Shown here in pieces: positions 44,426 to 54,180 of a DNA stretch of 64,000 nucleotides. Positions within the stretch are counted from its first letter, which is position 1. Every line of letters starts with the position of its first letter. Below the pieces are notes generated by a model. The model had not been told where the DNA came from, did no database searches, and saw only the letters and a program-made list of their open reading frames with translations. Made by a program: the position numbers and the translations under genes. The stretch comes from Eubacteriales bacterium (lineage in GTDB: Bacteria; Bacillota; Clostridia; Oscillospirales; CAG-272), in assembly GCA_045632065.1 (NCBI GenBank), contig JAZQWA010000075.1, positions 3,957-67,956 of the forward strand, given 5' to 3'.

Positions 44426-45322
44426 ATGGCAGAAAATAAAACAGTAAAATCAACTATACTCAGAGCGATGACCACTGACGGCTCTGCTCGAATTTTAGTT
44501 ATTAATTCTAAAGAAATTGTTAATGATGTAGTAAAATATCATAAGACGACTCCTACTGCAACAGCAGCGCTTGGCAGACTTGTAACCGCCACCTCTATGA
44601 TAGGAACTATGCTTCCCGAAAACGGTGATACTGTAACAATTAGCATTGACGGTGATGGCGAGGCAGGCAGACTTCTCGCTGTTGGAGATTATTTTGGAAA
44701 CGTTAAGGGATATATTCAAAATCCAGGTGTTAATCCGCCTAAAAAGCCTAACGGAAAGCTTGACGTTGGCGCAGCGGTTGGCGCAGGTACAATTTCATTC
44801 GTTAAATCGGTTGGCGCAATAGAGCCTCAAATTGGTACGATTGAGCTTGTTTCGGGTGAAATTGCAGAGGATATTGCTACGTATTTTGCTCGCAGCGAGC
44901 AGGTGCCTACCGTTCTTTCGCTTGGAGTGCTTGTTGACACCGATTACAGCTGTCTTGCGGCTGGCGGTGTGCTTATTCAGCTTATGCCTTTCCCGGATGA
45001 AGCAACCGTTGATTTAATTGAGCGCAATGCTGCTGATTTGGTGAATATTTCAAGATATTTCGAAAGAGGACTTGATAACAAGGCGATTGCTGATATTGCT
45101 TTGAGGGATATTCCTTTTGACGTGTTCGATAATATTGAGGTTTCTTACAAGTGCGATTGCTCGGGCAAGCGTATGAAGGAGAAAATCCGTAGTCTTGGCA
45201 AGGGTGAAATCGAAAAAATGCTCGATGAGCAAGAGGCGGAGGGCAAGGCGCGTGAGCTAACTGCTATTTGCCGCTTCTGCAATACCGAATATACCTTTGA
45301 TGAAAAAGAGCTTCTAAAATAA
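44426..45322 (+). CDS. hslO: redox-regulated chaperone Hsp33
   Basis: C-terminal zinc centre CDCSGKR ... CRFCNTEY (CxC...CxxC) and an Hsp33-like N-terminal domain. Confidence 0.9.
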   Translation: MAENKTVKSTILRAMTTDGSARILVINSKEIVNDVVKYHKTTPTATAALGRLVTATSMIGTMLPENGDTVTISIDGDGEAGRLLAVGDYFGNVKGYIQNPGVNPPKKPNGKLDVGAAVGAGTISFVKSVGAIEPQIGTIELVSGEIAEDIATYFARSEQVPTVLSLGVLVDTDYSCLAAGGVLIQLMPFPDEATVDLIERNAADLVNISRYFERGLDNKAIADIALRDIPFDVFDNIEVSYKCDCSGKRMKEKIRSLGKGEIEKMLDEQEAEGKARELTAICRFCNTEYTFDEKELLK

Positions 45323-45330
45323 CAAAAAAA

Positions 45331-45363
45331 ATCTCGGTTCATATACTGAACCGAGATTTTTTT
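45331..45363 (+). terminator. rho-independent terminator after hslO
   Basis: ATCTCGGTTCA / TGAACCGAGAT stem followed by TTTTTTT. Confidence 0.8.
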
Positions 45364-45375
45364 GTAGGAGGGGCT

Positions 45376-45930
45376 ATGGATTATTCTACAATGCGGCTTT
45401 TTTTAAGCGAGGAAAATATAAAAATGCATCTTGAATATTTGAATAAACAACGTCTTGTTTATTCTATACTTCAAAAGAGCAATCCTCAAATAGTTGGAGA
45501 TAATATAAAGGATATTTTCAATAAGAATTTATTCCAAAAAGATAAATTCGATGCAATAAATCTTCTTTGTGATATTAAATCACACGAGATTTTTTTTAAT
45601 TCCTTCGCAAGCAGCGTGCCCGTATGTAAAAGAATAAAGAAGTATTATGGCTCGGTGGAAAAATTGATATATGACGTGTATGTATTGGCGAAAAATAATA
45701 GCACCGGTTTCGTCTATCTTTGCATGGATAAAAAGGGAAATCCAAGAATAGAATATCGACGTGAGCCGTCAGATATATTTATAAAATATGAACCTGTTTT
45801 AGCTTTGGATTTGTGTGAACATGCTTATTTTAAAGATTACGGCTTTAATAAGGATAGATATCTCAAGAATTCCCTTGGCTATTTTGATTTGAAATTACTT
45901 GATGATAGATTAATATCTCTTGACAATTAA
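45376..45930 (+). CDS. divergent Fe/Mn superoxide dismutase-fold protein (activity uncertain)
   Basis: GGAGG RBS. IKMHLEYLNK aligns with the IEYHYGKHH helix, SHEIFFNSF with NHTFYW, and LDLCEHAYFKDYGFNKDRYL with [20 protein letters not shown]. Confidence 0.5.
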   Translation: MDYSTMRLFLSEENIKMHLEYLNKQRLVYSILQKSNPQIVGDNIKDIFNKNLFQKDKFDAINLLCDIKSHEIFFNSFASSVPVCKRIKKYYGSVEKLIYDVYVLAKNNSTGFVYLCMDKKGNPRIEYRREPSDIFIKYEPVLALDLCEHAYFKDYGFNKDRYLKNSLGYFDLKLLDDRLISLDN

Positions 45931-45981
45931 GGCAAAAAAATGTATAATCAAAGAGTAAATAAAAATAAGGATGGAAGAAAA

Positions 45982-47220
45982 ATGAGTGTATTGTATGGAA
46001 ATGTTGTAATTGGACAGTCGGGTGGTCCTACCGCAGCAATCAATGCAACGCTTTCTGGCGTTATCCGAGGAGCGCTTGAAGCAAGGAAACAGGGAATTGT
46101 GGAAACTGTTTACGGCATGCGTAACGGAATTGAGGGCTTTCTTGACGAAAAACTCGTTGATTTATCGGCTCGTTTTGCAGATGAGGCGGATTTGAAGGCT
46201 CTTGAGCTGACACCTGCCGCAGCTCTCGGCTCTTGCAGAAAAAAGATGAAGAGCCCCGAGGAAGATGTTGCAACCTATGAGAAGCTTTTTGAGATGTTCA
46301 AAAAATACAATATAAGATATTTCTTCTATATCGGCGGTAATGACTCCATGGATACGGTTTTGAAGCTTTCCGCTTATGCTGAGAGTCATGATTATGAGAT
46401 GCGTGTTATCGGTGTTCCTAAAACCATAGATAACGACCTTATGGCAACCGACCATACTCCCGGATTCGGTTCTGCCGCGAAATATGTTGCGGTTACTGTA
46501 AAAGAAATTCTACGCGATATTTCTGTTTATTCCATGAGGGCGGTTACCATTGTTGAAATTATGGGCAGAGATGCAGGCTGGCTGACTGCATCCGCGGCTC
46601 TTGCGGGCGCTTGCGATGGTGCTGGTCCCGATCTTGTATATCTTCCCGAGAGATCCTTTGACGTCGACGAATTTATCGCTTCTATTGAGAAGAAATTTGA
46701 CCAGCACCCTGCAATACTTGTTGCGGTTTCAGAGGGAATAAGATTTTCCGACGGAAGATACGTTGGAGAAGGTCTTGGCGGAAGAAAGGTTGATGCTTTC
46801 GGTCACGTTGCGCTTTCAGGCGCTGGTAAGGTGCTTGAAAATCTTGTGAAGGAAAGACTTGGATGCAAGGTTCGTTCAATTGAACTGAATCTTCCTCAGC
46901 GTTGCGCAGCGCATCTTGCATCTGCTACAGATATTAGCGAGTCTGTTGCGGTTGGCGCTTCGGCAATGATGGCGGCGTTGGATGGCAAAACAGGCGTTAT
47001 GATGACTATACAGCGTAATGATGACGGAGATTACAAGGCTTCTTACGGATGCGAGGACATCAGGAATATAGCTAACGGCGTAAGAGGTGTTCCTCTCTCG
47101 TATATAAATGAAGAGGGAAATGGAATTACAGACGAATGCAAGGCATATCTTCTTCCGCTTATACAAGGCGAATGCATGCCTGAATATGAAAATGGACTCC
47201 CAAAGCATGTTATTATATAA
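45982..47220 (+). CDS. pfp: phosphofructokinase, predicted pyrophosphate-dependent type
   Basis: GQSGGPTAAINA. GGNDS has Asp where ATP-PFKs have Gly, and PKTIDND has Lys in place of Gly. Both substitutions are known PPi-specificity markers. Confidence 0.8.
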   Translation: MSVLYGNVVIGQSGGPTAAINATLSGVIRGALEARKQGIVETVYGMRNGIEGFLDEKLVDLSARFADEADLKALELTPAAALGSCRKKMKSPEEDVATYEKLFEMFKKYNIRYFFYIGGNDSMDTVLKLSAYAESHDYEMRVIGVPKTIDNDLMATDHTPGFGSAAKYVAVTVKEILRDISVYSMRAVTIVEIMGRDAGWLTASAALAGACDGAGPDLVYLPERSFDVDEFIASIEKKFDQHPAILVAVSEGIRFSDGRYVGEGLGGRKVDAFGHVALSGAGKVLENLVKERLGCKVRSIELNLPQRCAAHLASATDISESVAVGASAMMAALDGKTGVMMTIQRNDDGDYKASYGCEDIRNIANGVRGVPLSYINEEGNGITDECKAYLLPLIQGECMPEYENGLPKHVII

Positions 47221-47223
47221 TAA

Positions 47224-47262
47224 AAATGGTAACCTACAATGATGCAGGTTACCATTTTTATT
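47224..47262. terminator. bidirectional terminator between pfp and the convergent operon
   Basis: AATGGTAACCT / AGGTTACCATT 11-bp stem flanked by A- and T-runs. Confidence 0.75.
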
Positions 47263-47266
47263 TATA

Positions 47267-49468
47267 TTAGTGGAAGAATTCTGCAACGATAGATATACCA
47301 CCCATAGTGAGTGTAATCGATGTTGCATTATTAAATGCCTTGTGTATTGCCGAGTTGGGATCGGCATTGTAAGGCTTCATACTTAAATCATAGAGGGTAG
47401 AGCCGTCATACCATAACGTTGTATGATTTCCTTTGGCATCATTTGCTGTAATGAACAGAGGTGACATACCTACTGTTGCAACTCCTGCAGTGCCTAAGGT
47501 GTAAATCGATTTCCAATGGGAGTTAGCCGACGACCTCTCTATTCCGTCCATATCGAAGAAGATAGTGCCCTTGGCGTCTATGCCCTTTATGACATCGTCT
47601 GCGTTCTCACCGTGGGATGACAGAATACCCTTGGCATTCATTTGTCCTTTGTCGTTTGTAATGCTGCCAAGTCCTGCTGCGTTAATCTTATTGTTCAAGT
47701 CGAAGAGCTGTGGCATGAATGCCGAAATACCCATTTGGCTAAACCAAAGCTCCTGACCTGTAAGTGCGGTTTCGCAAATAGAATCCATAACCTTTATTGA
47801 GGGGGATTTGTCAGCACCTTCGCTGTTAATCGCTAGTATCGCAGGTCCACCGCTTCCGTTGAAGTACGAATCTGTAACGTTTAGTGTAGAAGAGTCCATT
47901 ACTGTTATAAAGCAAAGGTAGGAGTCGTAGTTTTTCAGATTGGTGGAAACCATTCCGGCGCTGCCACTCAAACGATAGGTGACGAAGAAGGAGTTTTCTA
48001 TAACATTGTCTAATTTGGACTGCATATAATTATCTATGCCCATAAACATAAGTCCACCACCAGACACCAGGTTGCCGGTGCTGTCGATAAGATTGTTTCT
48101 GCTTGCATTACCAATGACAGACAAATTGTTTACTGATGCAACACCGATGTTAGCAGGCTTTGGATCGTCCGCATATTCGGTGCCTTCAAATTTAAATATA
48201 AAGCAAAAGGCATATCCAAAGCCGTAATGAAGCTCTGCATCAGGGCCAAAAACGCCGGGCGAGGGAACAATGGGGAACTTTGAAAAATCAAGAGTAAACA
48301 TGTTGCCCTGGATGGTCAGTGAATCCGTGCTTCTTCTGTGGAACAGATAGCTGTAATCCTTCAGATACTTGGTTCCTGCGGGAATTACAGTTTTTTCGCC
48401 AGAGAATGCATTAGTATATACAACCTCGGATGTCGTGGTGTGGAAGAAGCTATCTGGCACGTCCTTTGCGGTGAACTTAATGTCGTTATGAAGAACGATT
48501 CCGGATACGTTTAATCCAGAAATGCCGCGAGCAGCCTTCAAGGCTTCCCAATGGTTGTTTCCTTCAGGATTGTTATCAATAACGCTAAGCTGCCACGCCT
48601 CGTAAACGTTGTACGCTTTGATAATTTTAGCCTCGAGAACTATGGGCTTGAAGCCCTCATAAATATAATACTCTTGTTTTGGAATAACGGAAATTTTGAT
48701 TTCCTTTCCAACTGCTGAATCGCTGAAATAATAAAGTCCCTTATAGGTATCAACCTTTACGATTTCGGTGCCCTGATACTTGTATGATACAACATTGTTA
48801 CCAAGGTCCGACGTTTTAAGCGTGATATACTTAGAGTCGAAGAGCATGCTGATTTCAATGTCAGCGTAGAAGGTGTTGAGCAGTCTGATTTCACCGTCAT
48901 TGTCCAAAATGGCAAACTCGGGGTTTAATCTGAATTCATTCTCATTACCGATTACATACTTCTGACCGCCTACGGCAAATTCACCGGAGAAGGAGGGGTC
49001 ACCGTAATTGGATTTACCAGCCTGATTGTTCTTTGCAATAAACGACACTAGACTTGTGGGTCTGTCAAATCCTATTGCAATAACAGGGTATTCAAGGCCT
49101 CCCGCAAGGTCGGTAAGAACCTTGATAGGCAGTATAATTTCCTGCTTAATCTCAAGGTGGGGATCCATAAAGGAAATTTTAACCTGCTTTTCTCCGGGAG
49201 TCGCTGTGATGTCATCATCGTATTCAAATGTAAGGTCATCGTATGTGAAAACCTTGTTCAGTGACTCGTCGGTGTATATAGCGGTAGCTTGAATTCCTGT
49301 GAAGTCGACCTCTTCGCCTACGATATAGGTGGTTGTGATGGTAGAGTAGTCAATTGAAAAGGATTCAAGCTTCAAGGAACCCTTACCGCAGGATGCAAGG
49401 CTAAGCATTAAAGCGATTATTGCGATAGTAGCAATAACGTATTTTTTCAATGCGCAATTTTTTATCAT
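47267..49468 (-). CDS. large lipoprotein with an N-terminal Ig-like domain and a beta-helix-like body
   Basis: Signal peptide with lipobox LSLASC. The Ig-like segment is YIVGEEVDFTGIQATAIYTDESL..V. Later segments (NLSVIGNASRNNL, SGGGLMF, STLNVTDSYFNGSGGPAIL) suggest parallel beta-helix turns. Confidence 0.65.
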   Translation of the reverse strand: MIKNCALKKYVIATIAIIALMLSLASCGKGSLKLESFSIDYSTITTTYIVGEEVDFTGIQATAIYTDESLNKVFTYDDLTFEYDDDITATPGEKQVKISFMDPHLEIKQEIILPIKVLTDLAGGLEYPVIAIGFDRPTSLVSFIAKNNQAGKSNYGDPSFSGEFAVGGQKYVIGNENEFRLNPEFAILDNDGEIRLLNTFYADIEISMLFDSKYITLKTSDLGNNVVSYKYQGTEIVKVDTYKGLYYFSDSAVGKEIKISVIPKQEYYIYEGFKPIVLEAKIIKAYNVYEAWQLSVIDNNPEGNNHWEALKAARGISGLNVSGIVLHNDIKFTAKDVPDSFFHTTTSEVVYTNAFSGEKTVIPAGTKYLKDYSYLFHRRSTDSLTIQGNMFTLDFSKFPIVPSPGVFGPDAELHYGFGYAFCFIFKFEGTEYADDPKPANIGVASVNNLSVIGNASRNNLIDSTGNLVSGGGLMFMGIDNYMQSKLDNVIENSFFVTYRLSGSAGMVSTNLKNYDSYLCFITVMDSSTLNVTDSYFNGSGGPAILAINSEGADKSPSIKVMDSICETALTGQELWFSQMGISAFMPQLFDLNNKINAAGLGSITNDKGQMNAKGILSSHGENADDVIKGIDAKGTIFFDMDGIERSSANSHWKSIYTLGTAGVATVGMSPLFITANDAKGNHTTLWYDGSTLYDLSMKPYNADPNSAIHKAFNNATSITLTMGGISIVAEFFH

Positions 49469-49497
49469 TTTATAAGCCTCATTTTTAAATAAATTGG

Positions 49498-49992
49498 TTA
49501 ATCAGTCACTCTGCCGAGAATTTTCACCGTAGTTGTAATATTTGATCCGTCAGTAGAAGCGACTGTGACAGTGATAATTCTGTTTGGAACGAGGAACACA
49601 AAGGCGTTTATATCATCTCTGAAGACAATAGCATCCTCGTAAGCCTCCTCGTCAAATTCAAAATTAAATGATGATACGTCAGCGTTGTGAGGAAGCACGT
49701 CAAGATTGAGCTGTATAACGTTTGGATTGCTCATAATACTGCTTTCTTCCTTTGTATAACCACCCTCGGTGGTAGCAGGCGTAAAATCAAATATGAAAAT
49801 AGGCACACCGCTCCAATAGGTAGCAGCCTCTATTTTCTCGTTCTCACCGTCAAGAAGAGTAATAGAATCACATTTAATGCTCTGAACGTACACTATGCCA
49901 TCGTGAACCTTAACCTCAAGTCCGAAGAAGTTAACAACGGCAATAGACGCGATATAAACTACAAGGATTAGTATAATAATTGTTTTCTTCAT
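49498..49992 (-). CDS. membrane-anchored extracytoplasmic beta-rich protein (164 aa)
   Basis: N-terminal TM anchor MKKTIIILILVVYIASIAVV. The start shares one base with the upstream stop (TAATG). Confidence 0.55.
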   Translation of the reverse strand: MKKTIIILILVVYIASIAVVNFFGLEVKVHDGIVYVQSIKCDSITLLDGENEKIEAATYWSGVPIFIFDFTPATTEGGYTKEESSIMSNPNVIQLNLDVLPHNADVSSFNFEFDEEAYEDAIVFRDDINAFVFLVPNRIITVTVASTDGSNITTTVKILGRVTD

Positions 49993-51698
49993 TATTGTTT
50001 CTCCCTGTAAAATGCTTTAATTTTAGATGAGAAGGTAATAATCTTCAGCACCGCAAACAGAGCTGAGCCGATGCCAATCTTTACCCATGTTGTCTGGTCC
50101 ATGCGGTAGGACAGGAACAGTGCAAGGATAAATACTATGAAAGCAAGTACTATAAGAGTAACGCCTGCCTTCGATTCGTTGGGGTTATTTGCCTGCTCGT
50201 TGAATGTGGCGTATTGTTCATACTGAGGATTCATAATATCGCTCTCCACGCTTGCAAAAAGATGTCCGAGATAAATACAGTAAACCGTTACGCCAATCAT
50301 AATGGCATCAACAGGCTTCAAGGACGATTCAATTGCAAAAATATTCACGGTGAGCACAGTTCCGATAAGCGACATAACCATCGGGAAGAACAGCTTCGAG
50401 AAAAGCAGGATGATAGGCGGGGTAGGCTGAATCTTGTTAAGGTATGAGCTGGAGCCGTCTCTGCTGTAAATCGAGGCCATATCAATGTTATTCATCATAA
50501 GAATCAACAGAATAATCAGAACGTTAAAGCAGGTAGCCATCTGCGCGCCAAGAAGCTTGGTGTTCATTGCGGAATATATTTTATTGATAAGATATATCGC
50601 AATCGGCATCACGACGATAACTACTCCGCCAAACTTGATAAAGAAGTTGGATCGAAGTCCGATGGTAAACTCTTTCTTTACAGCTGAAATAAATGGGGAA
50701 CGCTTAACGTTTCTTTTTGCCTTGATGTTATTCTTTTTCTTGAACTCAAAGGGAGTTGATGCCATGCGGCAGAACAAGGGCTTTGAGCAAAGGAAGCAAA
50801 GCGCAAGCATTACTCCTGCAAGCACAAGCACCCAAATCAGTGTAGGAAGCGTGCGGGCGTGGAGAACGTGATTTGTAACTCCGATTGCTCTGCCTACAAT
50901 AAGCTCGGTAAATGCGTAAAGAGGGGCTGCGGCTACCTTATAGTTTTCAAAGAATGTCTTTACGTCGTCGAATATTGTGCTCTTGCTTTCTACAAAGTTA
51001 ATATCAGCTGGAATAAGTCCAATCAGATACCATACAAAAACGACAGAACCAATGCCGATCGCAGCATACAGAATATATTGGAGAATCTTCACTCTGTTCA
51101 AAAATACGTAAACGAACATAGAGGGAATAGAGAGAAGGGCCGCGAGAAGAACCGGCAGGAAGGATATTAACGCAAACATAATAAGCAACCAAGGATAGAA
51201 AATAATACTATACGACTTGATTATTCCGAATGCGATAAACATCGGCAGGGTGAACATAAAGCTCTTACGAAGCTCGTAAATATAGTAGGTTATCAGCTTG
51301 GAAAGAAATACGAGCGACGGAGTAGCCGGTAAAGTAAGAAGGACCGTGTTGTCTTTGGAAAAATAAAGCGATTTCATAAGTCCGATGGTATCGGTTACCA
51401 ATGAAAGAATAAGCATTATTCCAAACACAAAGGAAATAAGCGAAACGGGAAGTCCGCCGTCATTCATTGAGAATACCTGCAACAGCTTGATGTAATGGAA
51501 TATTACGGATACAACGGCTGTTACTGCAGCAAATTCAACGAGCATCCAAAAAAGCTTGGTGATAAGCTTCTTGGGAGAACGAAGGAATCCCATATCCATC
51601 TTTTCCTTAAGCTGCATTTTTACTAAGGTAACAAGCGCCCTCCATCCCTCACGGAAGGATTCCGCAAAGCTACCTTTTTTCTTTTCTGCTTTTATCAT
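49992..51698 (-). CDS. polytopic permease resembling the 'putative ABC exporter' family
   Basis: 568 aa with about 12 TM helices. ATGA overlap with the upstream ATPase fusion. The family resemblance is from size, topology and context only. Confidence 0.55.
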   Translation of the reverse strand: MIKAEKKKGSFAESFREGWRALVTLVKMQLKEKMDMGFLRSPKKLITKLFWMLVEFAAVTAVVSVIFHYIKLLQVFSMNDGGLPVSLISFVFGIMLILSLVTDTIGLMKSLYFSKDNTVLLTLPATPSLVFLSKLITYYIYELRKSFMFTLPMFIAFGIIKSYSIIFYPWLLIMFALISFLPVLLAALLSIPSMFVYVFLNRVKILQYILYAAIGIGSVVFVWYLIGLIPADINFVESKSTIFDDVKTFFENYKVAAAPLYAFTELIVGRAIGVTNHVLHARTLPTLIWVLVLAGVMLALCFLCSKPLFCRMASTPFEFKKKNNIKAKRNVKRSPFISAVKKEFTIGLRSNFFIKFGGVVIVVMPIAIYLINKIYSAMNTKLLGAQMATCFNVLIILLILMMNNIDMASIYSRDGSSSYLNKIQPTPPIILLFSKLFFPMVMSLIGTVLTVNIFAIESSLKPVDAIMIGVTVYCIYLGHLFASVESDIMNPQYEQYATFNEQANNPNESKAGVTLIVLAFIVFILALFLSYRMDQTTWVKIGIGSALFAVLKIITFSSKIKAFYREKQ

Positions 51699-53950
51699 AC
51701 GGTCGCCTTTTCGAGAGCTGCCTCGCTCTCTGCCTCCTTTACAGAAACGGGGGGCTGGGTGTTGCCGTCAATCATATTCATATAGAAGTTTTCAAGGGGA
51801 ATGCCGCTCTCCTTGATTTCCGCAACAGTCTTGGTGCAAAGAATCTGGCCCTTACGGATTATGGCGATTCTGTCGCAAATGTTCTCAACAACGTCAATAA
51901 TATGGCTTGAGAAGAATACAATATTACCTTTAGCGGCATGCTCTTTCATACATTCTTTTACCTGGAAAATAGATTCGGGGTCAAGGCCTGTAAGAGGCTC
52001 GTCAAGAATCCAAACCTTAGGATTATGCACAAGGGCAGACATAATGGTAATCTTCTGCTTCATACCGTGAGAGTAGGTCTTCATAGGATTGTCAATTGCT
52101 GCTTCAAGACGGAATCTTTCAATGTACTCAGCCATGCGCTCGTCTCGGTCAGCCTTAGATACGTTATAAAGATCGGCAATGTAGTTGATATACTCTCTGC
52201 CTGTAAGGTTCTCATAAAGAGCATAGTGGTCGGGAACGAAGCCAATCTGAAGCTTTGCCTCAACACCCTGCTTTTCAACATCGTAGCCTGAAACCTCAAT
52301 TTCACCAGATGTTATTGTCTGTATACCAACGATTGTTTTGATAATCGAGGACTTGCCTGCGCCGTTAGGGCCAAGGAAGCCGAATATCTGGCCGCCGTCA
52401 ATTTCAAGGTTAGCCTTGTAAACGGCGTAAACGTCACTTGTTGAGTATCTCTTGCAGAAATTACGAAGAATAAGCTTACCTTCGTTCTGGGGATTCATAG
52501 GCTCCTGCATATCTCTACCTGCAAGATGCGCTTCAAGAGCAAGTCTGTCAGCCTTAATCTTGCGATTCCTTTCAGTAAGAATTTCATGGGTGTCGGTAAT
52601 ATCAAATAACTGCTCAAATACAAACCACATAGCCAGCGCGAACAGGGCATATGCCAAACAATAAACAGTCTGATATACGGGGTAAAAAGTAAATGTTAAA
52701 TCTTTGATTGTAAACGTAGTAACTACGTCGCGAAGGTCGTCTGCCCAGCTTCCGAGGTTGGAAGCGATAAAGTTGGAATTCATAAAGAAGAAGTCGATGG
52801 TTGAATCGTAATTGACAAGCCAAGCATTTGCTGCAAGTACAATTATGAAATATCCAACGAACGCTCCAAGACATATAGCAAAATCTTTGAATTTAGGTCT
52901 TGGGAAAATCTTGAGAGTAAGGGTGAGAAGCGGAACGAGAGCAACTGTGTAGTGGTTAAGCCAGAACTGGATTGCTCCGCTTGACAAAAGGTTTGCCTTT
53001 TCTGTATTCGGCATCATCATTGCAAGTGCTGCTCCGAATATGCAGAAATAAACGGTGAAATAATGTAGTTTTTTAAGATTGAATATCAAGGATATAGGAA
53101 TAATGAACATTGCCGCTGCGCATAAGTGCAATGGCAATAAAGCAGGCTCCTTGATTGTAGAGAAATCATAGTTATAACAGAACGAAATCAAGGTTGCAAG
53201 ACTCATATAAATGAGGGCGTATCGTTTCTGTTGATAATCAAATCCCTTAAACAAAATAAAGGAAACAATAACAAGAACTACAAATCCAGCAAGACAGGCC
53301 TGGTGAGCTGTTGAAAGATTTTCTGCAACCAATCTATTGCTCAAGCCAAAAAGAACCTGAGGCGCCCAGCAAGGAATGGAGATAAGCGTCATTCCAATGA
53401 GACAGAAGAGTGATTTTACATATTGACTTGCTTTAAGCTTTATCGAGCGAAGCCTTATAAGCTGGAAGAGCGAGAGGCCGAGTCCGACACCAAGCTCAAT
53501 AGCAAGGATGAGATGTCTGTAATAGAAGGAGTTCGCAAGCTCGCCGTCAAAACCTCGGTTAAGGGTGGGCAGGGCAATGATGCCGAGTGCGCAAACCAAA
53601 GGGGAAATAAACCTTACAATAGGAACAACTGCGGGCGCTTTATCTTCAAAGAATGAGAACAGGCAGCTTGCAAGCATTACGGTGGGGATAAGCCACAGAA
53701 GCAGTGTGGTGATATATGCCTCTGTAATACCTAACGGTCCAAACGGGGAATAAATATTAAGTCCCACTGTGTCATATATCAACCCTCTACCTGCCAATGA
53801 ACGAACAGCAAACAGACATGCATAAATTATTGAAACAAGTCTTGTATTTGTTATAAACTTACCAAAAATATGCTTGTCCTTAAGAAAGAATAAGAATGAA
53901 GCTGTTATTCCACAGGCAATAACGGCTGAAAGATAGTAAATGAATGACAA
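51695..53950 (-). CDS. fusion of a large (~450 aa) polytopic membrane domain with a C-terminal ABC ATPase
   Basis: TTG start 6 nt after GGAGGAG. NBD motifs: Walker A GPNGAGKSS, signature YSHGMKQK, Walker B VWILDEPLTGLD, and H-loop SSHII. The membrane domain contains LPLHLC, reminiscent of YwaF/TIGR02206 (TMEM164-like) proteins. Confidence 0.75.
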   Translation of the reverse strand: MSFIYYLSAVIACGITASFLFFLKDKHIFGKFITNTRLVSIIYACLFAVRSLAGRGLIYDTVGLNIYSPFGPLGITEAYITTLLLWLIPTVMLASCLFSFFEDKAPAVVPIVRFISPLVCALGIIALPTLNRGFDGELANSFYYRHLILAIELGVGLGLSLFQLIRLRSIKLKASQYVKSLFCLIGMTLISIPCWAPQVLFGLSNRLVAENLSTAHQACLAGFVVLVIVSFILFKGFDYQQKRYALIYMSLATLISFCYNYDFSTIKEPALLPLHLCAAAMFIIPISLIFNLKKLHYFTVYFCIFGAALAMMMPNTEKANLLSSGAIQFWLNHYTVALVPLLTLTLKIFPRPKFKDFAICLGAFVGYFIIVLAANAWLVNYDSTIDFFFMNSNFIASNLGSWADDLRDVVTTFTIKDLTFTFYPVYQTVYCLAYALFALAMWFVFEQLFDITDTHEILTERNRKIKADRLALEAHLAGRDMQEPMNPQNEGKLILRNFCKRYSTSDVYAVYKANLEIDGGQIFGFLGPNGAGKSSIIKTIVGIQTITSGEIEVSGYDVEKQGVEAKLQIGFVPDHYALYENLTGREYINYIADLYNVSKADRDERMAEYIERFRLEAAIDNPMKTYSHGMKQKITIMSALVHNPKVWILDEPLTGLDPESIFQVKECMKEHAAKGNIVFFSSHIIDVVENICDRIAIIRKGQILCTKTVAEIKESGIPLENFYMNMIDGNTQPPVSVKEAESEAALEKATV

Positions 53951-54129
53951 AATCTGCTCCTCCTACCAAGGTGATGTAATGAATAGACATTTTTTAAATA
54001 AAATAACGCCTAAATATATTATCTGACTTTAACATTTTATCATATAAATATATAAAAGTAAATAATACTTAATAAATTTAATAAAATTTCATAATTTAAT
54101 GCCGAATAATGAGCTGTTTTGAAGAAAAA

Positions 54130-54174
54130 AGCGAGATTTACGTTTACCATGATAGATAAAACGCAAATCTCGCT
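54130..54174. terminator. terminator hairpin
   Basis: AGCGAGATTTACGT / ACGCAAATCTCGCT 14-bp stem (one wobble pair) with a large loop, flanked by A- and T-rich runs. Confidence 0.55.
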
Positions 54175-54180
54175 ATTTAT

